From an uncultured Ruminococcus sp. (GTDB lineage: Bacteria; Bacillota; Clostridia; Oscillospirales; Acutalibacteraceae): 56,764 bases of DNA. The stretch covers positions 1 through 56,764 of the forward strand of contig CADBPE010000013.1 in the NCBI GenBank assembly GCA_902796475.1, in the 5' to 3' direction. Below the pieces are notes generated by a model. It did not search any database and was not told where the DNA came from. It saw only the letters and a list, made by a program, of their open reading frames with translations. Below, in pieces: positions 1 to 8,490 of this stretch. Made by a program: the position numbers and the translations under genes. Positions within the stretch are counted from its first letter, which is position 1, and every line of letters begins with the position of its first letter.

Positions 1-2
1 GT

Positions 3-72
3 CTGGGGGAGAACCCTTTGTTTCTAACAAAGGGTTTCCCCCAGTATGACTTGCCGCGCAAAATTGATTTCC
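3..72 (+). repeat. Type-A intergenic element, copy A1 (G5/C5 hairpin 3-44 plus TTGATTTCC box 64-72)
   Basis: CTGGGGGAGAACCCTTTGTT-TCT-AACAAAGGGTTTCCCCCAG hairpin followed by TATGACTTGCCGCGCAAAATTGATTTCC. The same composite recurs at 17944-18013(-), 28523-28579 and 56619-56665, and in degenerate form at 8539-8596(-). Confidence 0.85.
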
Positions 73-93
73 GCAGGGTTTTCGAGAAGTGTA

Positions 94-122
94 TTGACCC
101 AAGGCGGGAAATATGCTATACT
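94..122 (+). promoter_or_regulatory. Sigma-A type promoter of proBA (TTGACC-N17-TATACT)
   Basis: -35 at 94-99, 17-nt spacer, -10 at 117-122, about 55 nt upstream of the proB ATG. Confidence 0.6.
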
Positions 123-178
123 TTAGGTCTGAACAATGTAATTCCCAACTATTCTATAAAAGATCAGAGGAAAGAAAA

Positions 179-982
179 ATGGATACATTCAAGTCAAGAA
201 GAATAGTCGTCAAGGTCGGCACATCTACGCTGACCTATGATAACGGTAAGGTGAATCTCAAAAGGCTCGAAATGCTCTGCAAGGTGCTCAGTGACCTGCA
301 CAACAGCGGCAAACAGATAATCCTTGTAAGCTCAGGCGCCATCGGCGTGGGCATGGGCAAGCTGAAGCTTAAAGAAAGACCAAGCGAAACACGATATAAA
401 CAGGCTCTTGCGGCTGTGGGACAGTGCGAGCTTATGTTCCTTTATGATAAATTCTTCGGGGAGTATAACAATTCCGTTGCTCAGGTGCTGCTGACTAAAA
501 ATGTTGTGGTAAACGACCACTCACGTCAGAACGTAATGAACACCTTTCAGACCCTGCTGGAAATGGACATCATACCCATAGTAAACGAGAATGATACGGT
601 GGCTATTGATGAGCTTGTCGGCGCCAACTTCGGAGATAATGATAATCTTTCGGCTATCGTTGCCGATCTTGTTGGAGCTGACCTACTGGTGATACTCACA
701 GATATTGACGGTCTTTACGATTCCGACCCGAGAAAAAATCCCGATGCGGTGAAGATACCTGTTGTTACGCATATTGACGAAAATATCCGCACTATGGCGG
801 GCGGCTCAGGCTCCAACAGGGGCACCGGCGGCATGGCTACGAAGATAACCGCAGCAGCAGCGGCAACTCAGGCAGGCATAAACTGCTGCGTTATGTCGGG
901 CAGAGACCCCGCAAGCCTTTACAGATTGATAAACGGTGAGCAGATGGGCACTATGTTCGTGGCTCAGGACGGCAGAATGTAA
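179..982 (+). CDS. proB: Glutamate 5-kinase (short form, no obvious PUA domain)
   Basis: ATG 179 follows AGAGGAAAG. The product starts MDTFKSRRIVVKVGTSTLT and contains SSGAIGVG and NENDT kinase motifs. The ORF-track start at 113 is judged an over-extension. Confidence 0.9.
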   Translation: MDTFKSRRIVVKVGTSTLTYDNGKVNLKRLEMLCKVLSDLHNSGKQIILVSSGAIGVGMGKLKLKERPSETRYKQALAAVGQCELMFLYDKFFGEYNNSVAQVLLTKNVVVNDHSRQNVMNTFQTLLEMDIIPIVNENDTVAIDELVGANFGDNDNLSAIVADLVGADLLVILTDIDGLYDSDPRKNPDAVKIPVVTHIDENIRTMAGGSGSNRGTGGMATKITAAAAATQAGINCCVMSGRDPASLYRLINGEQMGTMFVAQDGRM

Positions 983-1069
983 AATGCTTTCTGCGGATAA
1001 GCGGCTCAAACAAATATGAGCGGACAGACTGATATGTCCGGACATAAATGATAAAGGAGGATAAATCAA

Positions 1070-2314
1070 ATGAGAATAATTGACGAAATGGGCAAAAAGG
1101 CAAAAATCGCTTCAAGACAGTTAGCAACTGCCGGAGAACAGAAAAATACTGCTCTTAAAGCTATTGCCGATGCTCTTATGGCAAACAAGGAAAGAATCAT
1201 CGAGGCAAATAATACAGACCTTGAAAACGGCAGGGCAAACGGTCTGAGCGCTTCGCTGCTTGACAGACTCAAGCTTGATGAAGGACGCATAAAAGGCGTT
1301 TCCGAGGGTGTGCTGGAGGTCGCGGCTCTGCCCGATCCGATAGGTACGGTAATTTCGGGCAGCACAAGACCCAACGGAATGGAGATCACAAAGGTCCGTG
1401 TTCCGCTGGGCGTTATAGGTATTATATTTGAGGCTCGTCCGAATGTTACGGTCGATGCGGCTGTTCTTTGCCTTAAAAGCGGCAACGCAGTTATCCTCAG
1501 AGGCGGCAAGGAAGCGATCAATTCCAATAAGTGTCTTACCGCCATAATGCAGGACGCCATAGAAAGCGCCGGTCTTGACAGGAACTGTGTGCAGCTTATC
1601 GAGGACACTACAAGACAGTCCTCAGTTGAGCTTATGGAGCTTACCGAGTATCTTGACGTACTCATTCCCAGAGGCGGCAAGGGACTTATCCGCGCCGTTG
1701 TGGAAAATGCAAAGGTGCCCGTTATCGAAACGGGCGCAGGCAACTGTCATGTGTTCGTTGACGAGAGCGCCGACATAAATATGGCGGCGGATATCATTTA
1801 CAATGCAAAGACATCCCGTCCTTCTGTCTGCAACGCTATCGAAACTATCCTCGTGCATGAGAATATCGCTGAAAAGGCTCTGCCGGTGATAAAGGCTCGT
1901 CTGGACGAGAAAAACGTTGAGCTTCACGGCTGCGAAAAAACCGCCGCTATTTTAGGGGACTGCGTTGTTCCTGCCGATGAAAGCGACTGGGAAACAGAGT
2001 ATCTCGACTACAAGCTTGCGGTCAAGGTGGTTTCCTCCATTGACGAGGCTATGGATCACATTGCTAAGTATTCCACCGGACACAGCGAATGCATCGTTAC
2101 TCAGAATTATAAAAACGCAAAGCTCTTTACATCGACCGTTGATTCCGCTGCGGTCTACGTCAATGTTTCCACGCGCTTCACCGACGGCGGTATGTTCGGT
2201 CTCGGCGCAGAGATCGGCATTTCCACTCAGAAGCTTCACGCAAGAGGTCCTATGGGACTCAACGAGCTGACCTCCATGAAGTTCGTTATCGAAGGCGACG
2301 GTCAGATCAGATAA
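1070..2314 (+). CDS. proA: Gamma-glutamyl phosphate reductase
   Basis: AAGGAGG lies 9 nt upstream. The 414-aa product has an aldehyde-dehydrogenase fold with a VCNAIETILVH catalytic-Cys motif, and the gene sits next to proB. Confidence 0.92.
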   Translation: MRIIDEMGKKAKIASRQLATAGEQKNTALKAIADALMANKERIIEANNTDLENGRANGLSASLLDRLKLDEGRIKGVSEGVLEVAALPDPIGTVISGSTRPNGMEITKVRVPLGVIGIIFEARPNVTVDAAVLCLKSGNAVILRGGKEAINSNKCLTAIMQDAIESAGLDRNCVQLIEDTTRQSSVELMELTEYLDVLIPRGGKGLIRAVVENAKVPVIETGAGNCHVFVDESADINMAADIIYNAKTSRPSVCNAIETILVHENIAEKALPVIKARLDEKNVELHGCEKTAAILGDCVVPADESDWETEYLDYKLAVKVVSSIDEAMDHIAKYSTGHSECIVTQNYKNAKLFTSTVDSAAVYVNVSTRFTDGGMFGLGAEIGISTQKLHARGPMGLNELTSMKFVIEGDGQIR

Positions 2315-2735
2315 GCAGATACATCAGCGCCATAAGCAGCGCATTGTCTGTCTTTTCGTCCATCAGGAGAAGTATCAGACCAAGTATAAGGGTCTTTTCC
2401 TTATCCCTGAAAAGCACATCAAAAATGCCGCCTGACGGACGCCCCGAAAGCGCTTCCCCTGCAGGCGGTTCGCTTTTATGGTCACGGTGTTCTTTTTCCG
2501 AAGGCGCATTTTCGCTGATGCTGATATTTTCCGGACTGCGCTGCTCCGGCTCCGGCAAAGGACGCACCTCCGGCGGCGGTTCAGGTTCCGGCTGAGCCCG
2601 GGAAGTTCCGGCATTTGTACGGCTTGTCTGCGGCGCGCTGCCGGATGCAATGCGTATGGCGTCTGCTCTGCGCTGCATTTCCTGTGTTCGTCTGAGAGCC
2701 TCCTCCTGCATTCTTCGCATCTCGTTCTCGGTCAA
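2307..2735 (-). CDS. Hypothetical protein with a Pro/Glu-rich middle and hydrophobic C-terminal helix
   Basis: 142-aa ORF, last gene of a tight three-gene minus-strand operon. The C-terminus LILGLILLLMDEKTDNALLMALMYLLI looks membrane-associated. The 3' end overlaps proA by 8 bp. Confidence 0.6.
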   Translation of the reverse strand: MTENEMRRMQEEALRRTQEMQRRADAIRIASGSAPQTSRTNAGTSRAQPEPEPPPEVRPLPEPEQRSPENISISENAPSEKEHRDHKSEPPAGEALSGRPSGGIFDVLFRDKEKTLILGLILLLMDEKTDNALLMALMYLLI

Positions 2736-2750
2736 ATTATCACCGCCTTC

Positions 2751-3119
2751 TCAGAAAAGCTCGAAGCCCATTCCCTTTAGTACGGGAAGGAGCCTCATTA
2801 TTCCTAAAAGTCTTATGGCGCTGTCCAGACGTCTTGAGCGCTCCTCGTGGAGAAAGGGTCTCAGGGCGTGGAGCAGCCTTGTGCTGTCGTCCTCACGGTT
2901 GACAGATCCAAGCAGCGGCGCCAGCTTCATCATCATACCCAGCATATCGGGGTCGGCAGAAGGCTCCGGCGCCGGCGCGGGCCTGGGCATGCTCTGCACC
3001 TGCGGCGCAGTCTCAGGACTGCCCTGTGAGCGCGAAAACATGCCTGCAAGCTCCTTTATCTGCTCCATTGCCGAAGGATCGCTGAGCAGCTCGCCTATTT
3101 TTCTGGAGATATCCTCCAT
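2751..3119 (-). CDS. Hypothetical protein (Pro-rich linker, conserved-looking ends)
   Basis: 122-aa ORF lying 15 nt upstream of the next gene and 3 nt downstream of the previous one. I recognise no family. Confidence 0.6.
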   Translation of the reverse strand: MEDISRKIGELLSDPSAMEQIKELAGMFSRSQGSPETAPQVQSMPRPAPAPEPSADPDMLGMMMKLAPLLGSVNREDDSTRLLHALRPFLHEERSRRLDSAIRLLGIMRLLPVLKGMGFELF

Positions 3120-3122
3120 GAA

Positions 3123-3278
3123 CTACTTTTCTCCCATAAGCTTCTTGAGCAGAGCCTGAGCCTGGGGAGTTTTCATTATCTCCTCGGTTTTGCGCCTGTC
3201 CGCAAGGATGCTCTCCACCTTTTTGCGATCCTCTCCGGAAAGACCTTCAAAAAGCTTGTCTACACTGTTTTTATCCAT
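3123..3278 (-). CDS. Small hypothetical protein (51 aa)
   Basis: Internal ATG at 3278 is preceded by GAGGTGGTGAG. The ORF-track start at 3392 has no SD and runs into the divergent promoter region. Confidence 0.5.
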   Translation of the reverse strand: MDKNSVDKLFEGLSGEDRKKVESILADRRKTEEIMKTPQAQALLKKLMGEK

Positions 3279-3321
3279 ACACTCACCACCTCTACATGAA
3301 TATGTAAGTAAGGAGGCAATT

Positions 3322-3816
3322 ATGAAGATACTGGTTTTTTCTGATTCACACGGCAACGAAAGACCGATGATGCTCGCTGTGCGCAAGCACAAGGATGCCG
3401 AGCTTATAGTTTTCTGCGGCGACGGTCATCGTGATTTTGAGGATCTGCAGCGCACCTTACCGAAAAAGACCTATCTTGCGGTAAGGGGAAACTGTGACTG
3501 GAACTGTCAGAACCCCATGCTGCTCACATATACGATTGCCGGAAAGAAGATGCTTGTTTCTCATGGCCACGGGCAGTATGTCAAAGAGGGGCTGAGTCAC
3601 ATTATCGCCCTTGGACACAAGGAAAAGGCGGATATACTTTTGTTCGGGCACACGCATCGTCAGCTCACCACAGCCGACAGCCGCATGCTTATAATGAATC
3701 CCGGTTCCATAGGCTTTGGCGGGCAGTACGGCATTATAGAGATAGATGAGCAAAGCGGCAGGATAACCGCTAACGAATATCCGGACAACGAGTACGGACC
3801 TGTTATCATTACATAA
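3322..3816 (+). CDS. Metallophosphoesterase, YfcE/MJ0936-like
   Basis: AGGAGG SD then ATG 3322. Motifs present: SDSHG, GDGHRD, GNCD, HGH and GHTH. Confidence 0.85.
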   Translation: MKILVFSDSHGNERPMMLAVRKHKDAELIVFCGDGHRDFEDLQRTLPKKTYLAVRGNCDWNCQNPMLLTYTIAGKKMLVSHGHGQYVKEGLSHIIALGHKEKADILLFGHTHRQLTTADSRMLIMNPGSIGFGGQYGIIEIDEQSGRITANEYPDNEYGPVIIT

Positions 3817-3823
3817 TATGCGC

Positions 3824-3912
3824 GCGCAGAGTCTGCGCACCCGAAATATCAAACAAAAACACAAAAGCTTGCCGCAAAACCCGAAAAAGCTGCGCTCACC
3901 GCCGCAAGTTTG
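3824..3912. repeat. Type-B modular repeat, copy B1
   Basis: GCGCAGAGTCTGCGC palindrome, then CCCGAAATATCAAACAAAAACACAAAAGCTTGCCGC. This is related to 27708-27965 and to the reverse complement of 37861-38159. Confidence 0.7.
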
Positions 3913-3970
3913 TTAAAGAAAAACTGGAGCTTATGACGCTGAGTTTTCCCCGGATAACTCAATCGGACGC

Positions 3971-4027
3971 AAAAAAAGCGGCTGTCACAAGGCGTATTCG
4001 CTGTGACAGCCGTTCTTATTTTTTTAT
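3971..4027. terminator. Bidirectional rho-independent terminator
   Basis: 11-bp stem CGGCTGTCACA/TGTGACAGCCG (3979-3989 / 4002-4012) with an A7 tract upstream and a T-rich run downstream, between convergent genes. Confidence 0.75.
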
Positions 4028-5158
4028 TTAATTCGTGCTTTCATAGAAGCTTACAAGCTGCTTCAGATATGCAACGTAGTTTTCCCGTATATCCTGGGGA
4101 GCTGTGATAGTGATGTCGCTTTTGAAGCCGCTGAGCCATGAATAAAACTGGTCGCTTATCTGTACGCTGACGCTGCAGCGGAAGAAATCACTGTTTTCAT
4201 CGGGAAGTATCTCTGTGTCAAAACCAAAACGATCCGCAATGACTGAGGCAAGATCCTTTTTCACACGCAGAGTGACCTGCTTGTTCTCGCCGCCGAACAT
4301 CGAAAATGCCGTATTGCTGTAATCCGCAATATCAAGATCACTGTAATGCTCCTGACAATCCCTTTTTTCTCCTTCAAGCTCAAAAACATCCTTCATTCTG
4401 TCCACACGGAAGGTTTTGGGCTTGTTCTGCTCTTTATCGTAGCACAGTACATAATAATACTCGTTTTTCCACACCAAAGCGATCGGGTCAAGAACATAAA
4501 GCTTGTCAAGACCTTCATCATTCTTTCTGGAAATATCAGCAAGACAGTTTCCGCTGTCGCCTTCGTTTACAACAGTGTGCATATACTTGAATGAGATCTT
4601 TCTGTCTGAATTTATGGCTCTGTGTATGTTGTCTATGTTATAGATGACCGAATTGTTCTCACTGCGGAAGGGATTGCCCTGAAACACCTGTCTGTTGCGC
4701 AGATCGTTAAGGTTGCCGAGATCCTCGCCTTCACAGTCCTTGGTCTCGACCAGCTTTTTTATAATGCTGTCGGCCTTGGCTGTCGGAATAAATCTTGAAG
4801 AATTGAGAGCGTCTGCGATAAGCCTCAGCTCGGCAAGCTGAAATTTGCTGTTGCCGTCGCTTGTATCGCCGTATTCACTATCATTATCGGCTTTTTTGCC
4901 TATGAGATAGTATCCTCTTTTGTCGGTCTCTATTTCATAGCCGTAGTACATAAGATTTCTGATGTATGTATATACCGACTTTCTGTCGGCTGTCAGCTCC
5001 TCGCTGTCGCCGTCCTTAACGCTGATCTGTCTGAGCTTGTCGATGATCTTGTTTGCATTGATGAACCTTCCGGGTTCATATTTGCCGTGAAGCTTGGAAT
5101 TTTCCTTTAGTATATCCAGTATGTACAAAATTTTCAGGCTGTTCTTTCCTTTAGCCAT
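4028..5158 (-). CDS. WYL-domain transcriptional regulator (wHTH-WYL-C-terminal extension)
   Basis: N-terminal HTH (SLKILYILDILKENS). The central region KISFKYMH...YVLDPIALVWKNEYYYVLCYD...KTFRVDRM is typical of WYL domains. A GGGGGTG SD lies 5 nt before the ATG. Confidence 0.8.
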   Translation of the reverse strand: MAKGKNSLKILYILDILKENSKLHGKYEPGRFINANKIIDKLRQISVKDGDSEELTADRKSVYTYIRNLMYYGYEIETDKRGYYLIGKKADNDSEYGDTSDGNSKFQLAELRLIADALNSSRFIPTAKADSIIKKLVETKDCEGEDLGNLNDLRNRQVFQGNPFRSENNSVIYNIDNIHRAINSDRKISFKYMHTVVNEGDSGNCLADISRKNDEGLDKLYVLDPIALVWKNEYYYVLCYDKEQNKPKTFRVDRMKDVFELEGEKRDCQEHYSDLDIADYSNTAFSMFGGENKQVTLRVKKDLASVIADRFGFDTEILPDENSDFFRCSVSVQISDQFYSWLSGFKSDITITAPQDIRENYVAYLKQLVSFYESTN

Positions 5159-5202
5159 CGTGACACCCCCGTATTAATATACGCGCATTTCTTAATAAAA
5201 TC

Positions 5203-5231
5203 ATTATACCATTAAAAAACCAATCTATCAA
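5203..5231 (-). promoter_or_regulatory. Promoter of the WYL regulator (TTGATA-N17-TGgTATAAT)
   Basis: Minus strand: -35 at 5231-5226, 17-nt spacer, extended -10 at 5208-5203, about 45 nt upstream of the ATG. Confidence 0.6.
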
Positions 5232-5605
5232 GATTTTTGTTTGATTTTTATAAAAAAAATCCCCAGTTAATTTAAGTTTATTTTGTTTATAATAATCAAA
5301 AAATGTGTATAATTTATTAATGATAATAGTTAAGGGTAAACAATTACCCATTATAATATGCTTATTTTCATTAAAATTTCACTCTTGCATTTTAAATGTA
5401 TAAAGTTCATATTTCAAACTATTTCTGCGCTGATACGGCTTTATGAAATCATGTTCATTTGCGATGCAAACCGTCAGGCGCCTGCAAAAAATTGCGCAAG
5501 CGTCCACAAATGCCCATAAACAGCGGATTTTACGGGTATACTTACCGGATCGTCATATAGTATCCGGCGATGATTTGTTTTGTATCGCGCTTGATCCGGA
5601 CTTGA

Positions 5606-5656
5606 TTTTTTAATAAAATAAGACACGGCAAGCCGCTCAAAAGGGCTGCCGTGTCT
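5606..5656 (-). terminator. Terminator of the Zn-ribbon/TPM operon
   Basis: 10-bp stem AGACACGGCA/TGCCGTGTCT (5621-5630 / 5647-5656). On the minus strand it is followed by TATTTTATTAAAAAA. Confidence 0.6.
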
Positions 5657-5734
5657 GTTGTGAACGCTGGATCTCCGCAGATCGTGTGAATTTTTATACT
5701 GAAAATAGTGAAAGTTCCGGTGCTGCCGGCGAGA

Positions 5735-7267
5735 TCATCTGTGGCTTCCACCGCCTCCGCCGCCGACATGGTGCCCGCCGCCGTGACCGCCGTGACCGCC
5801 GCTGCTTGACTGCAGGCGCACCTTGCTCACATGGCTGCCGATAAAGACGTCCTGCGAGTGGCGCATGAATATTTTCTCCTTCGAGGTATAGACAGATGCG
5901 GAGGTAGAGCTTTTGAACTTGTAGCGGCGTTTGACGCTGATAGATGTGACAGCTGCCACAATAGCTCCTACCGCCAGACCAATGAGCAGAGCTATCCACC
6001 AGTAAATATACGGTTTCATATTGCTGTGTAGTATTTTGCCGCCTGAAGCGTACACATATTCTCTTGTTTTCGGGTCGGTGTAGTAAGTGCCCTCTACAAG
6101 TCCTTTTGCTTTGTATTTCACAAGCTGTTTGCAGTATTCTTCAAGACCGGATATGATATCCGATATGACTATCTCCTGACCGCCGGCAGGAAAATGCGCC
6201 TGCATGGCATGAAGGATCTTCTTGATCCTGTCCTCGGTAAAGTCATCGCCGTTGGTATAATAGAGAAAAGCGTCATTGTAGCAGAACATATAGTCATAGG
6301 CGTTTGTGTAGCCGTCAAGGTCGATGTACAGGCATACGGTGCCGGTATATGACGAGTTAGGGAACACCGTAGAAGCCAGGGATCTCGTCCGGCTTTCTAC
6401 CGAAGAATCACTTCTTGATTTGCCTGCCGCAAAAAGCACGAGATTGAATTCTATCTCACCGGCGGTGCGGTCGAACATATTCAGAACCTCCAGAGCCTGT
6501 GCCTGGCTGAACAAATTGCTTTCATCTGTGAAGGTGACACGATCCGTAGTGTATGTATTCATATCGCTGCCGGTGCTATTTGAGCTGTAATTGCTGCGGA
6601 AGGTGCTGCTTTCTAATATATATGAGTCCGGATTGGAGCTGCTGCCGGAACTTGAGGTGGAAGCTGAGCTCCATTCCTCCATGTCCGCGCTTACAAAATC
6701 GGCGAAGCTGTCTATATAAAGCATAATGGAATCGCACACAAAGACAGCTCGGTCACGCAAATTTTCTGATGCGCTTTTGTTCTCATCGGGCTGAAAGGTA
6801 TGCTTTGAACGGTACATTATTTCCTGAGCGGCATCGTAGTCGCTGTTATCGCCGTTTGGAACAAGCTTGTGAGCATTGCCTGAGGCGTGCATATAGCAAA
6901 AGGCGTTTTCCCGTCCCGTACAGTCAAGATAAATTATAAAAGCGCCGCTTGTGTTAAACGAATAATATATATCATCGGCAGCATTTTTTGCAATATCAAC
7001 TATGTCGGGAGCATGTCTGTTTTCGGCAGCGAGGAAGAAGCCGATATCACAGTTGGTAAGGTTATAGACCTCGGTCATTTTTTGCGCAAGCAGTTTTTTG
7101 TCCTCCGCAGTCATCTGCTTTGTTTCATCGAAGATGTAAACGTGTTCGACGCCTGTGCCGGCATTCGGAATGAATATACTGTCGGCAAAAGCAGCGAGAG
7201 TGAACGAAAGCGCAATGATGAGGGTAAGAAGCAGCGCGGAGGCTTTTTCTATGATCTTTGTTTTCAT
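5735..7267 (-). CDS. Membrane protein with two TPM (YgcG/UPF0603-like) domains and a Gly/His-rich tail
   Basis: ATG 7267 (MKTKIIEKASALLLTLIIALSFTLAAFA signal/TM). Two TPM-like modules, a TM helix (YIYWWIALLIGLAVGAIVAAV), then the GGHGGHGGGHHVGGGGGGSHR tail. ATGA overlap with the upstream gene. Confidence 0.7.
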   Translation of the reverse strand: MKTKIIEKASALLLTLIIALSFTLAAFADSIFIPNAGTGVEHVYIFDETKQMTAEDKKLLAQKMTEVYNLTNCDIGFFLAAENRHAPDIVDIAKNAADDIYYSFNTSGAFIIYLDCTGRENAFCYMHASGNAHKLVPNGDNSDYDAAQEIMYRSKHTFQPDENKSASENLRDRAVFVCDSIMLYIDSFADFVSADMEEWSSASTSSSGSSSNPDSYILESSTFRSNYSSNSTGSDMNTYTTDRVTFTDESNLFSQAQALEVLNMFDRTAGEIEFNLVLFAAGKSRSDSSVESRTRSLASTVFPNSSYTGTVCLYIDLDGYTNAYDYMFCYNDAFLYYTNGDDFTEDRIKKILHAMQAHFPAGGQEIVISDIISGLEEYCKQLVKYKAKGLVEGTYYTDPKTREYVYASGGKILHSNMKPYIYWWIALLIGLAVGAIVAAVTSISVKRRYKFKSSTSASVYTSKEKIFMRHSQDVFIGSHVSKVRLQSSSGGHGGHGGGHHVGGGGGGSHR

Positions 7268-8379
7268 GTCAGAAAATACCCTCCGATAACAATTGCTATC
7301 GCTATGAGGATCGCTAATATTGTGCAGAACATTGTGAGCTTGCCCTTTGATATAGGCAGCTCGCCTGCGACCTTGCCGCTCTGACCGTTTACGGCATATT
7401 CCCACAGCTTTCCCTTATAGTTGAACGTCATGAACCATACAGGCAGAAGCATATAGTCCCAACTGAGACTGTCTGTTCTGTCGTACTGCTTTCGTGAGGT
7501 AAGACGTGTGTAATGCGTGGTGGAATCGAGTATCTGAGCGTTGTTGCTGTACATTCTCTGCTGTATCCTCGGCAATACGCTTTCTTTGTCTACGTCGTAT
7601 TTGTCGGCGTAGAATCCGCTGAGATATGCCATATTGAAAGGTCTTGCCTTGGTGTAGTCGAACGGCTCTATGGATTCCATCAGCAGATCTTCTATTTTCT
7701 GAGAGCCGTCTGCGGGGATACCTTCATATTTTACGTTAGCCTCACGTTCTACTCTGTATCGTGTAGTTTCGGTATAGCGATAGTTGCCCGACGTCCATGA
7801 ACGGACATTCTCACCGATAGCGTTCATCATTGATGTAGTCGAGCTTCTGGCGACCCAGAAAGGAACATACAGACCTGTAAGCTTTTCGATCTGTACTGCG
7901 GAAAGGAGGTCCTTCGGAATGAACCATTTTTTCTTTGCCCATGCTTTATAGTGCTCCACTGCCTTATCCTTGTCGAAATCGAAGGGAAGCACCATAGAGG
8001 GCTTATACATACCGTCTACACGTCCCTTGAGGATGACCGGGTTATGGCAGTAATAGCAGAAAGCCGCAGCCGTATTGTGGTCTGCGATGATCTCAGCGCC
8101 GCAGCTCGGGCATGAATAAAGCTGCGATTCCTCGTTGAACTGTTCACGCTGACGCCGTTCCTCCTCGCTGACGTTCATTTCCGGCGGCATCTGATCCTTA
8201 TACGGATCGTAATTCTGTTCCTGATCCATATACCGGCGCTGGAATTCCAGCACCTCCGGCTCGTTGAAAGAACTGCGGCAGTATTCGCATGTGAACATAT
8301 GCTGTGAGGCAGAGTATTTCAGATCCGCATAGCAGTTCGGGCAATGGAACTGTTGAGCTTCTCTTGCTTCGTTGTTCAT
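7264..8379 (-). CDS. Double zinc-ribbon protein with C-terminal TM anchor (YdjG-like)
   Basis: Two CxxC...CxxC ribbons (CPNC..CEYC and CPSC..CYYC), a roughly 230-aa conserved-looking body ending NGQSGKVAGELPISKGKL, and a C-terminal TM helix. Confidence 0.7.
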   Translation of the reverse strand: MNNEAREAQQFHCPNCYADLKYSASQHMFTCEYCRSSFNEPEVLEFQRRYMDQEQNYDPYKDQMPPEMNVSEEERRQREQFNEESQLYSCPSCGAEIIADHNTAAAFCYYCHNPVILKGRVDGMYKPSMVLPFDFDKDKAVEHYKAWAKKKWFIPKDLLSAVQIEKLTGLYVPFWVARSSTTSMMNAIGENVRSWTSGNYRYTETTRYRVEREANVKYEGIPADGSQKIEDLLMESIEPFDYTKARPFNMAYLSGFYADKYDVDKESVLPRIQQRMYSNNAQILDSTTHYTRLTSRKQYDRTDSLSWDYMLLPVWFMTFNYKGKLWEYAVNGQSGKVAGELPISKGKLTMFCTILAILIAIAIVIGGYFLT

Positions 8380-8490
8380 TTTTACCTCCTGTCGTCAGGA
8401 TAGAGCGCAGTCAGCCGCCCTGTCCGTCGGGTGTTATTTTTGACGCAATAGTAAGACGGTTTATGAAAAAGTATATAATATCTTATGATA

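Noticed and set aside
123-178. T-box or other riboswitch leader upstream of proBA (proBA is T-box regulated in B. subtilis).
   Set aside because: The predicted leader is only about 50 nt, far too short for a T-box. No specifier or antiterminator structure is visible.
113-178. N-terminal extensions given by the ORF track for many genes, for example starts at 113, 3190, 3392, 7405, 8962, 10364, 11058, 15362, 16225, 33367, 33490, 47612 and 55785.
   Set aside because: In each case an internal ATG preceded by a good Shine-Dalgarno sequence coincides with the expected family N-terminus or signal peptide. The upstream part also overlaps a neighbouring gene or promoter.
5443-5613. 56-codon basic ORF in the gap between the WYL gene and the TPM operon.
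   Set aside because: No ribosome-binding site and no recognisable motif. It is mentioned only as part of the gene-free region finding.
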